From contig JASCQW010000112.1 in NCBI GenBank assembly GCA_030264375.1, positions 31,452,322-31,516,321 of the forward strand: a DNA stretch of 64,000 bases. The letters are read 5' to 3'. The notes under the pieces are model-generated. The model saw only the letters and a program-made list of their open reading frames with translations. It made no database searches and had not been told where the DNA came from. Each line of letters starts with the position of its first letter. The stretch's first letter is position 1. Below are positions 1-13,799 of the stretch, piece by piece. The translations under genes were made by a program, and so were the position numbers. This DNA comes from Carcharhinus longimanus (taxonomy: Eukaryota).

Positions 1-76
1 TTCCCTCCTCCAGATCATCTATATAAATGGTAAATAGCTGAGGCCCCAGCACCGACCCCTGGGGCACTCCACTAGT
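1..76 (-). mobile_element. CR1 LINE RT fragment
   Basis: The minus strand encodes [21 protein letters not shown]. Near-identical to 33020-33095. Confidence 0.8.
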
Positions 77-759
77 GGATTGTGATTGCAGAGGGAATGA
101 ATGTAGGCTGTCAGGTTCTTCAGAATTGGAACAAATAGGAAAACATTCAATGACGTCAAGCAAAGTGCAAAGTTAAGTACAGACACCACTGATACGCAGG
201 CATAGATCTAATGTTCATCTGCCGCACCTTCTGAGAAACACAGAGGCAGTGGATAGAGGAAGATCAGTGTATGGCAAACTAAGTCCTATTGACCCATCAT
301 CATGTTCTTGCTGACCTAAGCTGGCTGCCCACATAAAATCTGAAATTCTCATCTTTAGATCCCTCCATGGCTTTGGCCCACTCTACTTTAGTAACTTCCT
401 CAAATCCTAAAATCCTGTTCACCGATGCGTTACTCTTCTGATTCCACCCTTTTGTCCACTCTGTCCTTCTTTACCCCACTGACAGCATCAGAACTTACAG
501 TTCTCGAGACCCTAAATTTTTAACACTCTCTCCCTTTGAAAATCGCTGTACCAGACACTCCTCATTCCTGATTCACTGTCTGTTTTCCTTAAACCATCAT
601 CTAATGTACATTGTTATCTTTCTTAAAGATACCATATAAATGCAATTTGTTGTTGTACACATGGATTTCAGACAGCAAAAACTTCTGCACAGGGAAATGC
701 TGGCTAAAACTGAGGTGCACAAAATTGGAGGTAGATTCAGGGAGGAGCTGGAACCTGAA

Positions 760-1620
760 CATAGAACATATAAAGTAGGAATAGTGTAGACCATTCAGCC
801 CCTTGGGCCTGTTCCACCATTTGATAAGATTATGGCTGATCTGACTGTAACCACAACTCTAATTCCCTCTCTATCCCTATACTCTTAGATTCTTGATTGA
901 CAAAGGATTCAATCTAACTCAGTCTTAAAAACTATGAATTTGACTTTACTGTTCTCTATTCTACAGACTAAAGACCCTTGGACAGGAAGAAGTTTTCCTC
1001 AACTACAACTTAGTTGCAGAGACTATTTCCTCAGGTGGATGTAGCTGTTACTAGGGGGTATAACTATAAGGTTCATCGTGGGAGATATAGGAGGGATGTC
1101 TGAGGTAGATTCTTTACTTAGAGAGTGGTTGGGGTGTGGANNNNNNNNNNNNNNNNNNNNNNNNNNNNNNNNNNNNNNNNNNNNNNNNNNNNNNNNNNNN
1201 NNNNNNNNNNNNNNNNNNNNNNNATTATAGGGAGGGAATAGCTTGATCTTGGGATTGGACATAGCTCGGCACAACATTGAGGGCCGAAGGGCCTGTACTG
1301 CGCTGTAATGTTCTATGTTTCTATTTAAATGAGAGACTCCTTATTTTTAAACTGTTCCTCTATTTCTAGTCTCTGCCATAAGGGGAAACATCCTCTAAGC
1401 ATCCACCCTGTCAAGTCCCTTCAAGGCCTAAAGTTGTTTCATAAGAGCACTTCTCATTCGTCTGAGCTCCAATGGATATAGACTCAACCTGTCCAACCTT
1501 ACATCAGAGGTAACCCCTTCATTCCAGGAATCAGTTGAGTGGAATTGCTACTATTACTACTATGCAATTAAATATTTTCCTAAGTAAGGATTCCAAAACT
1601 GTATACAGTACTCCAGATTT
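760..1620 (-). mobile_element. CR1 3' fragment with a younger opposite-strand CR1 3' end nested at ~1024-1323
   Basis: Begins with the tail (catagaacat) and the CR1 3' UTR on the minus strand. The insert ends gggccgaagggcctgtactgcgctgtaatgttctatgtttcta. Confidence 0.75.
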
Positions 1621-3402
1621 GAGGTGGGATTCTCTGGGTCCTGGTATTGCGGTGGCCTGAAGAATTGGGAGTAGGTGGAAAAACAGGATCTGCACCAGTT
1701 GCCAGCCCCGAGTGTGTTCCCGCCTGCTACCTTTTTGAGGGTACTCTGCCTTTAAGAAAGGTATTTGTGCCATGTTCCCAATGCCAACAGTGCACTGCCC
1801 CGGCATGCTAGATCTGACACCCTGGCCTGGCACCTTGGGTCCTGAGGGGCTCAAAGAGATAAGTACAGTGGCCTTTTGGTCCTCTGCTATTGCCAGGCTG
1901 CAAAGGATGGTGCCCTCAAGATTCCTGGGGGTTGGATGGGCTAAGGCTGGGGGCAAAGCACTGGCTTCACCATTCTCCGACAGGATGTGCTGTTGTGGCT
2001 GAACTGCCCCTTCAAGCCCTGACAGACCTGGCTTGGTGGTTTCAGGCAGCCCTGTCATCAATATCTCCATTCCTGCCTGTTAGATGGATATAGAATTCTG
2101 AAGTAGCCAGNNNNNNNNNNNNNNNNNNNNNNNNNNNNNNNNNNNNNNNNNNNNNNNNNNNNNNNNNNNNNNNNNNNNNNNNNNNNNNNNNNNNNNNNNN
2201 NNNNNNNNNNNNNNNNNNNCGCCCACCCCACAATGCCCTCCACTTCCCCACCTTCATGTATGAGCAGATCCCTTTGAGGTCTGTGTCACAAATATGTCAA
2301 TTTTACCTGGGCCGGCAGAGGGGTGGGGTGGGGGTGACTTGATTCCAGTCTGTACAGCTGTGCACACAGTCCCAATGAATGTACACAGCTTTGATTTGAA
2401 GTTGCTGAGGCTTCCCATTAAACAGAAATCTTTGAAACTCTCACCATTGCACTTGAAGTCTTTGATCTGCAGCAATTTCAACTTGCAATGCAGCATAAAA
2501 GATTCAGCTGTCAACTCAATGGATTTCTATCATCCTCCAGCCACCTGTGTTTGATGTTGACTGCAATGTTGACAGATTCAAAGCCTGATTAACAGTCTGC
2601 AGTTCAATTTCATTTTTAAAATGGTTTGCAACAGATTTCCAGTGTTGACCGTATTTTGTTTTTATATTTGCATTCACCATATTAAACCAAGGCAAGAGTT
2701 TAGCCAATAAACAACATTGGAGATAGAATTTTCGATCCTCACTGGCAGTGGCAGCAAGGCGTGAATTATTGGCTGGAAAATTCGGGCCCGGTTCTTTCTT
2801 TTAAACTTCCAAGTTTGGAAAAAAATTGAGGTTTGGCAATCATGATAAACAAGATGAGGAATACTAAGGGTGAAGGAATGAAGCTCTTTCGACTTTTGGC
2901 ACCCAGTATCACTACTGATACTCCCAGTTTAGGTATATTGTAAGCTACTTAACTCTGTCCCTTAACACAGCCTCAAAAGAGCATCCCTTAAACTGACTAG
3001 GATGTTTCTCTTTATTTCCTACCTCTGCCATCCTCCTATGGTGGATTGCCAATTAGTGTCAAATACAGCCTATTTATGCTTCATGTATTCACTTGAAGAA
3101 CTGAACTGAACTGAATCAGACAAACACAATCCACATAGAACCTTTTCAGCTAGTGCTAAAGAGCAGGAATACATCCCATCAGTCTGGGCTGAATTTGAAC
3201 TCAGCTGACAAAGATCAAAGGCCATTGTCTTATCCACCACAATGACAGAGACAAAGTACATGTGAAAATAAATAGTACACTTATACAAAGTATTTCATTT
3301 GGCCAAGAGTAAGAGGACCATGTAAAGCTTTGGACACCCCATTAACATTGCTGTCACACAGAATGCACAGCATAGATTCACCACATATAGTTAACTATAG
3401 CT

Positions 3403-4110
3403 TTCAGGGGAGATAAGGTCCACATCTTTCCCCAAAGGTAGGGGAGTCTAAAACTAGAGGGCATAGGTTTAAGTTGAGAGGGGATAGAACAAAAGGGTCC
3501 AGAGGGGCAGTTTTCTCACACACAAGATGGTGAGTGTCTGGAACGAGCTGCCAGAGGTAGTAGATGAGGCAGCTACAATTTTGTCTTTCAAAAAACATTT
3601 ACACGGTTACATGGGTAAGATGGATATAGAGTGATATGGGCCAAACTGGGACAATTGGGACTGGTTAAAATCTGGGTGGTATGGACAAATTGGGCCGAAG
3701 GGCCTGTTTCCATGCTGCAACTCTATGAGACATGAAATATTGCACTATTTCCACCGGAGCAGAGAAAGTTAAGGCAGATATAATAAGGTTTTGTAAAATG
3801 ATTAAAAACTTTGGGAAAGACTATTTCTTTTGATTCAGAAGTTAGAAGATTTGGGGTTATTCGTTTAAAATTGTCAATAGATAGTGACAGGGGCTGGAAG
3901 AGATTTCTGCACACAGAGGGATTGCTGGAGCATGGAATGCTTTGGCAAGTGGATGAGGCAGAGATTATTCCACTTAATAAGGGGAAACTGGCTAAGTATT
4001 TGAAACAGAGAAAGATACAAAGGAGAGCAAGACAGCGGGATTTGCTTTAGATTGCTCTGAACAAAGAACTGGCAGCCACAATAGGTCAAATAGCCTCTTT
4101 TTGTGCTATA
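3403..4110 (+). mobile_element. Two tandem CR1 3'-end fragments
   Basis: ctagagggcataggtttaag...gggccgaagggcctgtttccatgctg (3403-3728), plus a more decayed copy at 3750-4110. Confidence 0.75.
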
Positions 4111-4844
4111 AATTAAAAGCTTCAAATGCATTATTGAGAAGCATTGAAGAGGAGCATCAAACTCCCTGGAGCGAATATAAATTGGCTTCTTTTGTCAGCT
4201 TGAAAATTCCAAAAGTTTTCCTGATTTAAAGCGGGGAGCACAATAGAGCTTTTGAAGTTATAGAACACTCAACTACTTGTCTTCTTTCCTAATGCTCCAT
4301 TTCTATTCTATCAAGACAAAAAATTATTTGTGCAGGCCAGCAGCTATCTTATATGATCTACTTGCACCACTTTTGAGTCAGAGAGAACAGACCTCTGTGC
4401 AACTTTACATATAATAGGTTTCAAGTTATACTCAGCTTGGCAAAGTCAGAGCACATGCACCTTAGTCATAAAAATGCATATTTTAGCCCCAATCTAATGC
4501 TTGAACACAATCCTTCAGGTAAGATTTTAAACAGAGATTCTGTCTGCTGTGAAACAGTAAAAGGTTAGCAGACATTACTGTGGCAACTGTTTTGACTTCC
4601 CAGTTCCAAAGGAAGCCTGAACTCACCAGGAAATATGCAGTGGGCAAGCACTGAGGCATGGTTCAGGGGCAGCCCTTGAGGTTCCCTTAAAAGCAATGAG
4701 GGAAAGTGGTAATTTTTTCCAGAGAGTGGCAGGAAAAGGCCACCCAGCCAAACAAAGCAGGCTTGCCTGAAGGTGGTAAATATTGTCAGAAATCAAAGTT
4801 GCTTTTAACCTTTCATGGGAAGTTGGTATCACTATAGAGGTAGC

Positions 4845-6083
4845 GGTGTTGTTAAGAAGGGAATTCCAGGATTTTCACCCAGCAACAGTGAAAAGATAGC
4901 AATATAGTTCCAAGTGAGGAAGGGTGTGTGGTTTGGAGGGGAACTTGTGATGGTTTTTCCATGCATCTGCTGCCTTCTGGGTAGTAGAGATTGCAAATTT
5001 GAAGGTTACTGTCAATGGAGGCTATAAGTTGCGGCTGTGCGTTTTGTATATGGTGCACGCTGCTGACACTATCATTCAAACTGGTAGTGGGACCCAATCA
5101 AGTGGATTGTTTTGTCCTGGATGGTGTTGACTATAGAAGCATAGAATCCCTACAGTGTAAAAAGAGGCCATTCAATCCATTGAGTCTGCACCAACTCTCT
5201 GAAAGAGCATCCCACCCATCATCCCTGTAATCCTGCACATTTACCAAGACTAATCCACCTAACCCGCACATCTACTAGGGCTAATCCACCTAACCTGCAC
5301 ATCTACCAGGGCTAATCCACTTAACTTGCATATCTTTGGACTTCGTGAGTGTTGTTGGAGTTGTTCCAGGCAAGTGGGGAGTACTCAATTGCATTCCTGA
5401 CTTATATATTGTAATGGTGGGCAAGCTTTGGAGAGTCAGCAGGTGAATTATTCAACACAGAACTTCCAGCCTCTGATCTCTAGCAACTGTATTAACAGGG
5501 TTTTTTTCAGTTCAGTTTCTAATCAATAGTAGGACATTATTGGTGGTAGATTGTGATGAAAATGCTGTTGAATCCCTCTTGATGCATAGTTATTGCTTGG
5601 CACTTACATGGCATGTTACTTGTTACTTATCAACCCAAGGCTGAATATTGTCCAGGTGCTGTTGCATATTAACATGGGAGTATTTCAATATCTAAGCAGT
5701 TGTGAGTGGTACTGAACATTTTGCAATGATCAACTAACACACCCATTTCTGACCTAATGCTGGTCATTGATAAAGTAGCTGAAGATGGTTGGGGCTGCGA
5801 CACCACCCTGGGAGCTCCTGTAGTAATGTCTTGGAGCTGAGATGATTGGCCTGAGACAGCCACAACCACATTCACCTGTGGTCTGCACAATTCCAAACAT
5901 CAGAGAGTTCCCCACCACCCCAACCAGATTCCCAAAGACTCCATCTTTCCTAGGTCACCTTGATCACACATTCGCCAAAAAGTCCCTTAATATCAAGGGC
6001 AGATGGAATCACCTCACCCCTTTAGTTCAGCTTCTTTGTACATGTTGGAGCTAAGGCTGAATGCAGACTCAGCTGAGCAGCCG
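4845..6083 (-). mobile_element. LINE (CR1/L2-group) 3' fragment with a nested SINE tail at ~5133-5340
   Basis: Same family as 20500-21290, 41455-42650 and 57020-58766. The nested SINE part contains three tandem ~31-bp units (ctaatccacctaacctgcacatct...). Confidence 0.7.
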
Positions 6084-7534
6084 NNNNNNTGTATGGTATT
6101 CCTGAGATTTAGAACCCTATACCAACGTTCAATAGTGCTGGGGCTTTGAAGTCCTAGCAGCATTGATATAGGCAACTTATTTAAATAAGGCACTGGCATA
6201 GTCCTCTCTCCTTCATCCTTGAAGAGGGAACAAAATTCACAGGAAAGGGTGCACAGGAGGAAGAGTGCCCCACCTCACCATCGTCATAGCCACGGAGGCA
6301 GCTAAATTGAAAATCATCAACGTGATTCGACATGAGATAGGCATTCTTGGAGAAGGTAAAAAGATATTGCAATCTACAGCTAACAAGGATGGAACAAATT
6401 TCTCCCTTTCCAACATGCCAAAGCCAGAGCTTTGCTGGGAATGCTCATGATCTCTTGTCCTGCCTCACCTGCAAAACAGTAGCAATTAAATGTATTTGTT
6501 GTACTTAGTGACACCCAGAGGTGATCAAAGGTACTTGCAAATCTTTTTCTTCCTTAATCATGTCCAACTATCAGTTGCAACCAGCCTATGGCACTGGAGA
6601 CTCAATATCATCTCAAATCAAATGTACAGTTCTTTACTGTATTTAGGCATCACTATCAAGATCAGCACAACAGCAATGGAGGAAGTGAATGTTTATGGCA
6701 GTGGATGGATGTCAATCAAGGGGGCTGTTTCAGCCTGGATGACATCAAGCTTCCTGACTTGAGTTCTTTGCATGTTGGAGCTGCATCCATCCAGGCAAGT
6801 GTAGGGAATTTCAACAAACTTCTAACTTGCATCATATAGATTCTGGAAACATCTTGTTGTCAGTTGTTACTGAATACCCAGGCCCTAATCTGCTCACGTA
6901 GCCACATACCAGCTATACTTTTAGTCAATAATGACACCAAGAACACTAATAGAGATTTGACATTGTTAATGCCATAGGATGTCAAAGGCATGTGGTTAGA
7001 GATGGTCATTGCTTGCATTTGAGAGACAGAAATGTTACTCGACAGTTATGAGTCCATATCTCGATATTGTCCAGGTCTTGCTGCATGCTAAGGACTGTTT
7101 TATTATCTGAGGAATTGGAAATGGAACAGAACACTGCAATTATCAGATCATGAGCTCTGGCTTTGGCATGTTGGAAAGGGAGAAATTTGTTCCATCCTTG
7201 TCAGCTGTAGATTGCAATATCTTTTTACCCTCTCCTCCAAGAATGCCTATCTCATGTCAAATCACATTGGTGATTTTCAATTTAGCTGCCTTCGTGGCTA
7301 TGAAGATGGTGAGGTGGGGCACTCTTCCTCCTGTGCACCCTTTCCTGTGAATTTTGCTCCCTCTTCAAGGATGAAGGAGAGAGGACTATGCCATTGACTT
7401 ATTTAAATAAGTTGCCTACATCAATGCTGCTAGGACTTCAAAGCCCCAGCACTGTTGAACGTTGCTATAGGGTTCTACATCTCAGGAATACCATACACAC
7501 CCGGCTGCTCAGCTGAGTCTGCATTCAGCCTTAG
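6051..7534. repeat. Inverted duplication: arms 6051-6453 and 7145-7534, spacer ~690 bp
   Basis: The arms are reverse complements with scattered substitutions (roughly 95% identity by eye) and one ~14 bp indel. The ORF track shows the mirrored peptides at 6181-6372(-) and 7212-7397(+). Confidence 0.93.
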
Positions 7535-7590
7535 TATCTTCATCTCTAACCCTTGATGGCAGGAAGGTTATTGGTGAAGCAATTGAAGCT
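6690..7590 (-). mobile_element. LINE fragment interrupted by the right arm of the inverted duplication
   Basis: Colinear with 41480-42056 up to about 7145, then resumes at 7535. Confidence 0.7.
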
Positions 7591-7769
7591 GGTGTAATAC
7601 TGCTGGTTTCACAAAAAGCACTGGTGACTTCTGAAAAGCCAGGCACATGATAAAGCCTATTTGATACTAATATGGAGCAACAAAACAACCACACTCAATA
7701 TTATTGAATGTTTTAAAAAGTAAGAATTTTGTCCTATAGTTGAATGTGTTTGAAAGCAAATATTAAACT

Positions 7770-10700
7770 GGCAAAGGTTATATTATGTTTTATTTTATTT
7801 GCCAAATTATTCAATTTAATATTTATTCACACAAACACAGTTAGACTTCAGTCTGGACAAACAATAACATGTACTGAATAAATCAAAACTTAAAACTCAA
7901 ACACTCCTAAAGCCAACACCATTCAATAACAAACAATAGTAAACAAATTTGTGAGCCTTTGCACAAACATGCAAGATAACATTCAAAAAGGAACAAAGTT
8001 TACAAACATCACAATAAAATGAATGGCAGGGTCATTGAAAAATAATATAGAAAGCAGTCAAACCCTACTTCAGCAAAGACAAACTCCGATCTAGAGAGGA
8101 ATGCCTATATCCTGTGGGTGCAATTATAAAAAATCTGAAACTGATTAGTGTAAGGGACGAATTTCAACATTGATAATTCTAGGTCTGTTTATCCACTATT
8201 AAATATGCTAATATAAATTAGAGTAGGTCAGGGGTGTTCAGGTTGTGTGTGTTTTTTGGTCACAGATATATATTTAAAGAGCTGTGTATGAAGTTTTTTT
8301 TATTTTGTTTGATTGATAATTAAATGGCACTAAAAACTACCCTTTCAAAACTTCCAATTTTCAAATTTAAATGTGACAAACTAACAAATAAACACCAATA
8401 TGTCTGAAATAAAAAACAAGACAGTCAAGAAATACCATCAGATCTGGCAGCATTTGCAGAAAGAAAAACAGAATTAAGGGTACAGGTTCAGATGGTTAAG
8501 TTCAGATTTCCAGTAGTATTTTGCTTTTGCAATAATTACTTAGATGTTTGGATTTCCAAGCACCAAGTTACAGGGATATGGATATTGAATGTGGCACCTG
8601 GATTTGCAAATTGACCATCCCAGCAATAAATCACTAAGCTGCCCTGTTAAAACAATTAACTTCCATGAGATCTAGCATTTATATTTGTACAGTTCAGCTT
8701 GAGTTTTGCTTTGCTATAGTCAAAAATGCCTCTGTATACCATTTACTTTCTTTGCTGAAATAGGGTTTGACTGCATTCTATGTTTTATGAATGATCCTGC
8801 CACTTGTCCACTGTTTGCTGTTCCTTTTTGTATATGTCATCATCTTATGATTCAGTCATCCAAAGTTCAACATTTTTTTGAGCAAACGTTTACTGAACAA
8901 GTTTGGTTTGCCAATTCAAAACAAATACAATTTTATTCCAATTTATTTTTTCAAAAAACAAATCGTAAGAAAATTGTATCTAAAATTAACATTGCAAGGC
9001 TGATGCAATTTTCTAGGAGTTGTATTTGATTGGTTGATTTCAATTTTATCCATCCAATTGTGATGAAAATTATAATAAAGTTGATACATTCATAAAAATT
9101 GTCACATAAGTAATATTTCAAGCAGCAAGGCAGGTTTGACCATCTTAAACAGGGTCCAGTTACAAAAAAATACTGAGGAGAATGAGTGACAAAATCATTC
9201 AAATCCCTCTTCTCACCCACTGCCCCCCACCCCACCACTAATTGCAAAACCATCAAGTTAACCACTCAATAGGACAGAATACCGTAAGAAAAACGTAACT
9301 AAATTTCTCCATACTAATAGCTAGAAACTCTGAAGAACTAACAACGAAAGAAAACAAATAGAATCCATTGATGATATATACCATTGGGATATTGAATTTA
9401 ACCCTCATGTAAAAAGAAACAAACCCATGTTGCAGGTGTCTGCAAAAAATCTGAGCTACTCTCAAATGTCATTCTAAATGCAGTTAGTGTTTATGCATTG
9501 AAACATATTGATTCATTACAAACTGAGGTATTTAAAGATGTTTTCAGCGATTGCACATTGTAGATATTTTGTTTGACTAATAAATTACTATTTTATTAAT
9601 TAGGAATCATTTTTCAAGTGTAATAATTTTGGGATGACACTGCTGCAGTTTAGTTAACTGGTATCAAAAATAATGGTAAATGTTACAAGCTCATCAAGAA
9701 CATTTAAATTTTATGTTGGAGAATTGATATGAAAGTTGAGAATATGATTGTTATGTATTTCTGCCCACCTGCAGCCTTGCTACATTTCCTGCAGCAAGAG
9801 GCCTCTTATCACAACTGGTTCACTATTTTACTATTTGTTATGAGATCGAAAACTGTTATTCAGAGTCATGTAGAATAACATACTTAAAGATTGAGAGGTA
9901 GATTCATAGCAAGAGCAAACCTTAAGCAATTTATTATTTCTGACACGTTCCTCTTTGAGAAAAGATCCACTGTTTTTATTCTTTACAATATACACAAGTG
10001 GAGTTGGTGGCATGATTGCCAAGCTATTTACAATTGAATTCTTTGATTTGAACTCCAGGTATATTCAGTTTAATTTCACTTTAAAGACACAGCATACTTA
10101 GTCCAGAATTTTACCTGCATGCCAGCCCCAATTCTGGGAACAGGTTCAGCTCGGAGAATGGCATTCTCCATTGGCCTCAGGTGGGATCATGCGAAACTTG
10201 GGCAGACGTGCCATTAAATTCCGCCCACAGTGTGTTACTCAAGGGAATATCAACATCACTAAAGTCAAAATCCAAAATTTGAGTCTAAATACAACTTTAA
10301 AAAATTAATTGGCTTTTTTTGCTTTTGACAGGGAAGATAAAGTCTAAATTGCTCATGTTAAGAAATGCAAATTAATATTGCTGAATTTGCTGCCATGCTC
10401 TCATCCATCCCAAATATTAGCAATGCTTTTAACGATAATTTCCAAAGTAGATTACTAGTGAATGATTTGGTAGGGTTAATCCATATTTAAAACAACTTTT
10501 GATTAAGTCAACATTGTAATATTGATAAAAAGTTAATTAAATGAAGTGCATCATCAATTTCAGTAGATACTCAACTGGGGGCACACTGATACTTAACTTA
10601 TTCAATCCAACAGATTGAGCCAGCTAGTATTTTTGTGGGGTGGGACAGCCAATGATGTAGAGTGCTACATTTTTGTACTTATTTTTAATGTCCATATTGA

Positions 10701-12135
10701 AATTAATGTGCTTGTGATTAGTCTTGATTAATTGAATTTTATGATTGAATAAGTCCAAAGGGAGTAGATCAACGTGCCGACAGGTGCATAATATTGATTA
10801 TTGCATGATGTACACACATTTTCATTTCTATGCTTTCAAAGCTGGAGTCGCCATTGTTATGATGAGGATAAAATCCTAAAGTTTTATAAAATATCCTTGC
10901 TAAATCTTTGAAGGAGCAGTATGAGATGTCCTTCCCCAAATCCTATCCTTGTATAAAATTGCCAGTCAACCTCTACGTAATTTTATAAAAATTGTCACAT
11001 TATGATTCAACTATCTTAAACTCTCCTCTACTTTTACTGATTATTATTTGGTATCAGTCAAACTGCACTTTGATAAGTACAGTTACCATATTGAAACTCA
11101 AACAGACATGTGTTTACGCACAGCTGTTGTTAGACTCTCAACTAAGTCATGAAAGATTCTCAAGTGTAGTGTGCAAAAGTTTGACAAGCTATTAGCTGAC
11201 TACAGGAACCCTATACACCTAAGATTATACTGAAGTCTGAGAGTCAGCTCTTTACCTCTGAAACTATCTTTCACTTGAATGTTCTCTCTTCAAAATAGAT
11301 GTAGTCTTAGGAGAAAGCAACAAAATCAGTGGCACAACATGCTAGCATATATGTGAACTAATATGCAAATTCAACTGTCAGCTACAGAATATTCCCTGCA
11401 GTGCACAATCTTTGTTGCATTGCGTCGTCCCTTTAAGATCACCATACAGTTATGCGAACACATCTTAAAAGGGGAATGTTGTTTGTGCGTGGCATGTTTC
11501 TTCCATGCACAGCACAGTACATTCTGTGTGGCTACCGAAGTCACAAGCCCACAGAATTTAAAGAAAACACTGCAGACTAATTTCAATTAAACAGAAATAA
11601 AATGCGCAAAAAACAATAATTCATAAATCACAGGATGATCAGTTCCAACATTCCATACTGTTACCTATGGAATATGTGCAGCTATAGACCCAGTTGTCTC
11701 AGTTAATATCCTGAACATAAAATGAACCCCAAGAAAATATAAATGGATTGTAGCCAGCATAGTATAGAAACACCCAGGGGTCTAAATTCTACAATACTTT
11801 AGCTATATTTCCAATTACAATTTACTGCCTTGCTTTTATGGTGTTCCTTAAGCACACACCTTGTTTTAAATCTTAAATGATACTGTAATGAAATACCAAA
11901 TACACCAAGCATTCATTATATTATATCCATAGTGCAAGAGAAACTTACTGATCAATTTTTGAAAAATTGAAAAAGCTAGTTAAATCAGTTACATAAATTT
12001 ATGATATGGACTTTAATCTTCCTGAAATTGTTAAATATACTAGTAATCTGAACAATTCTTCTAAATTATTAGAAATAGTGCAAAGCATGAGTCACAAAAG
12101 CACAAAAGCCATACTTCATGCACTGGAATTGCTAT
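7770..12135 (-). other. BAG5: Probable long BAG5 3' UTR
   Basis: AT-rich, repeat-poor stretch after the stop codon. It ends in a cluster of minus-strand AATAAA (+ strand tttatt at about 7788-7827). Other AATAAA occur internally, so the true end is uncertain. Confidence 0.4.
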
Positions 12136-13482
12136 TTAGTATTCCCATTCATCTGTTTTCATGTCTAGATAATTCAGAATATTTTGGGCAAATTTCACTG
12201 CTTGTTTCCTGGCAACCTTCGCACCATCATTCCCTTCAGTTTCCACCGCATCGAGTGCTAGGAGTTGCTTTGTGAGCATTTCTTCCAGTCTCACATAATT
12301 CTTGTCAGTTCTGTCTCCATCAAATGACAATACCTGCTTTTGAAATTCTGACAAATGGCTCAGAACCTGCCATATTGCTTTCTGTGATGCATGTTCATCT
12401 TTAAGCTGCTCTTCCATGTTTGCTCTCTTTTCAAGTGACTCCTTCAGGTCAACATAAGCTATTACGGCCTGCACATCAACAACAGATCTTCTCCTCGCTT
12501 CANNNNNNNNNNNNNNNNNNNNNNNNNNNNNNNNNTCTAAATCAGTGAGAAGACTTAGCAGTTCTGCCTTTGGTTTAAAATGGAGATCAGAGCCATTTTC
12601 TAACTGTAGCAGCTGTTGTTTTAATTGTGTTGTCTTCTGGCGTATTTCTTCTATCTGTTTGATGGATTGATGTTGCGCTAGATCGTAACTCCCTGCAGCC
12701 TCGCCTTCTGATTCTATCTCCAAGTGTTCCAGCAAACAATTGATTTCATGCACTACACGTTTCCGGTAGTTTCTCACTTCTGAATGTCCAGCCACATCTA
12801 CAGCATCCAATTGCATCAACAGTCCTGTAAGGACACGGGACAGATGTGCACAGTTCTCCAAGGCATTCAGGTTCATTAGCAGGCCAATCACATCCCTTCT
12901 TGCTTTGCTAACCTCCAATAAAACAGAGTTGATCTTGGGAACAGAAGGGTGTGTATCTGTGGACAGAGGCAAAGATAATGCCTGCCGACCAATACAGTTT
13001 TCAATTATGTCCTGAATTGCACAAATCCTGGTCAAAGCGCGATACCTGGCTTTCCTCAAACTAATTTTTCCTCCTGTTTTTACCTGCGTCAACTGAAGTA
13101 TGATTTCTTGGATGCGATCGGCAAATTCCTCAGTTATCAAACCCCCTGCAGAAGATAACTCACTGGTAACCAACTGTTGTGCATCACCGAAGACCTTTTC
13201 TATCTTCAGCCGAGATGGGTGAGTTGCAGTTTGCTCCAGCTCTTTGAGCAATTCCTCCAAATCCTTCACTGCACTTTTGCGGCCATGTTGAATATCAGAC
13301 TTGCCATCAGTATCGATTGCATCTAACTCAAATAGTAACTTGGTCAAAGTACTCTCCAGGCGCTTGTATTCTCTATCAGACTGTGTACCACTGAACGAAA
13401 CTACAAGTCGCCTAGATTCATGGATTTCCTTCTGAATTTCTTGGATTCTCATCATGGAAGGATGTTGCTGACCCATGGCCAT
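12136..13482 (-). CDS. BAG5: BAG family molecular chaperone regulator 5 (single coding exon, 448 aa)
   Basis: ORF reads [18 protein letters not shown]...[21 protein letters not shown], matching vertebrate BAG5 (human begins MDMGNQHPS) with tandem BAG domains. The true ATG is at 13482; the ORF-track start at 13551 is an intronic GTG. A 33-N gap at 12503-12535 preserves frame. Candidate acceptor ttgcttcaatttcAG at 13517-13516. Confidence 0.97.
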   Translation of the reverse strand: MAMGQQHPSMMRIQEIQKEIHESRRLVVSFSGTQSDREYKRLESTLTKLLFELDAIDTDGKSDIQHGRKSAVKDLEELLKELEQTATHPSRLKIEKVFGDAQQLVTSELSSAGGLITEEFADRIQEIILQLTQVKTGGKISLRKARYRALTRICAIQDIIENCIGRQALSLPLSTDTHPSVPKINSVLLEVSKARRDVIGLLMNLNALENCAHLSRVLTGLLMQLDAVDVAGHSEVRNYRKRVVHEINCLLEHLEIESEGEAAGSYDLAQHQSIKQIEEIRQKTTQLKQQLLQLENGSDLHFKPKAELLSLLTDLXXXXXXXXXXXXEARRRSVVDVQAVIAYVDLKESLEKRANMEEQLKDEHASQKAIWQVLSHLSEFQKQVLSFDGDRTDKNYVRLEEMLTKQLLALDAVETEGNDGAKVARKQAVKFAQNILNYLDMKTDEWEY

Positions 13483-13799
13483 ATTCGTTTTTTTCCCTAA
13501 TGAGTCATTGTGGGTCTGAAATTGAAGCAAAACATGTTGGTCAAGGGTCACTTCTTGGCATCAGACCTAAACTGTATTTATAATTGCCTCTAGAATTAAA
13601 TTGCTATGAAGTGGAGGACCTGTAAGTTATCTACTGCTCGAACAATACATTTACTAAATGTGACAATGCACATTCCTTGGACATAAATTTTAACAATTAA
13701 CTATGTTTAGATTTTGACTCTCGATTTCATCCTCCGTTTGTTCAGTTTATTCAATTTTTTTTATTTTAGAACTACTTACCTCATTTCTCACCTCATTGT

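Noticed and set aside
1531-2707. ORFs of 60-179 aa as exons of an upstream gene (e.g. TRMT61A)
   Set aside because: No recognisable protein similarity, and they largely overlap repeat-like sequence.
5241-5340. CRISPR-like or satellite array
   Set aside because: It is three tandem ~31-bp units inside a SINE, with no spacers, in eukaryotic DNA.
6051-7534. Foldback/MITE with long TIRs
   Set aside because: No TSD was seen. The left arm is continuous with flanking LINE sequence, and the right arm interrupts a different LINE remnant.
12136-13551. BAG5 as a retrocopy, or with a 23-aa N-terminal extension
   Set aside because: BAG5 normally has a single coding exon and sits next to COA8. The extension starts at a GTG and crosses the splice acceptor at 13516.
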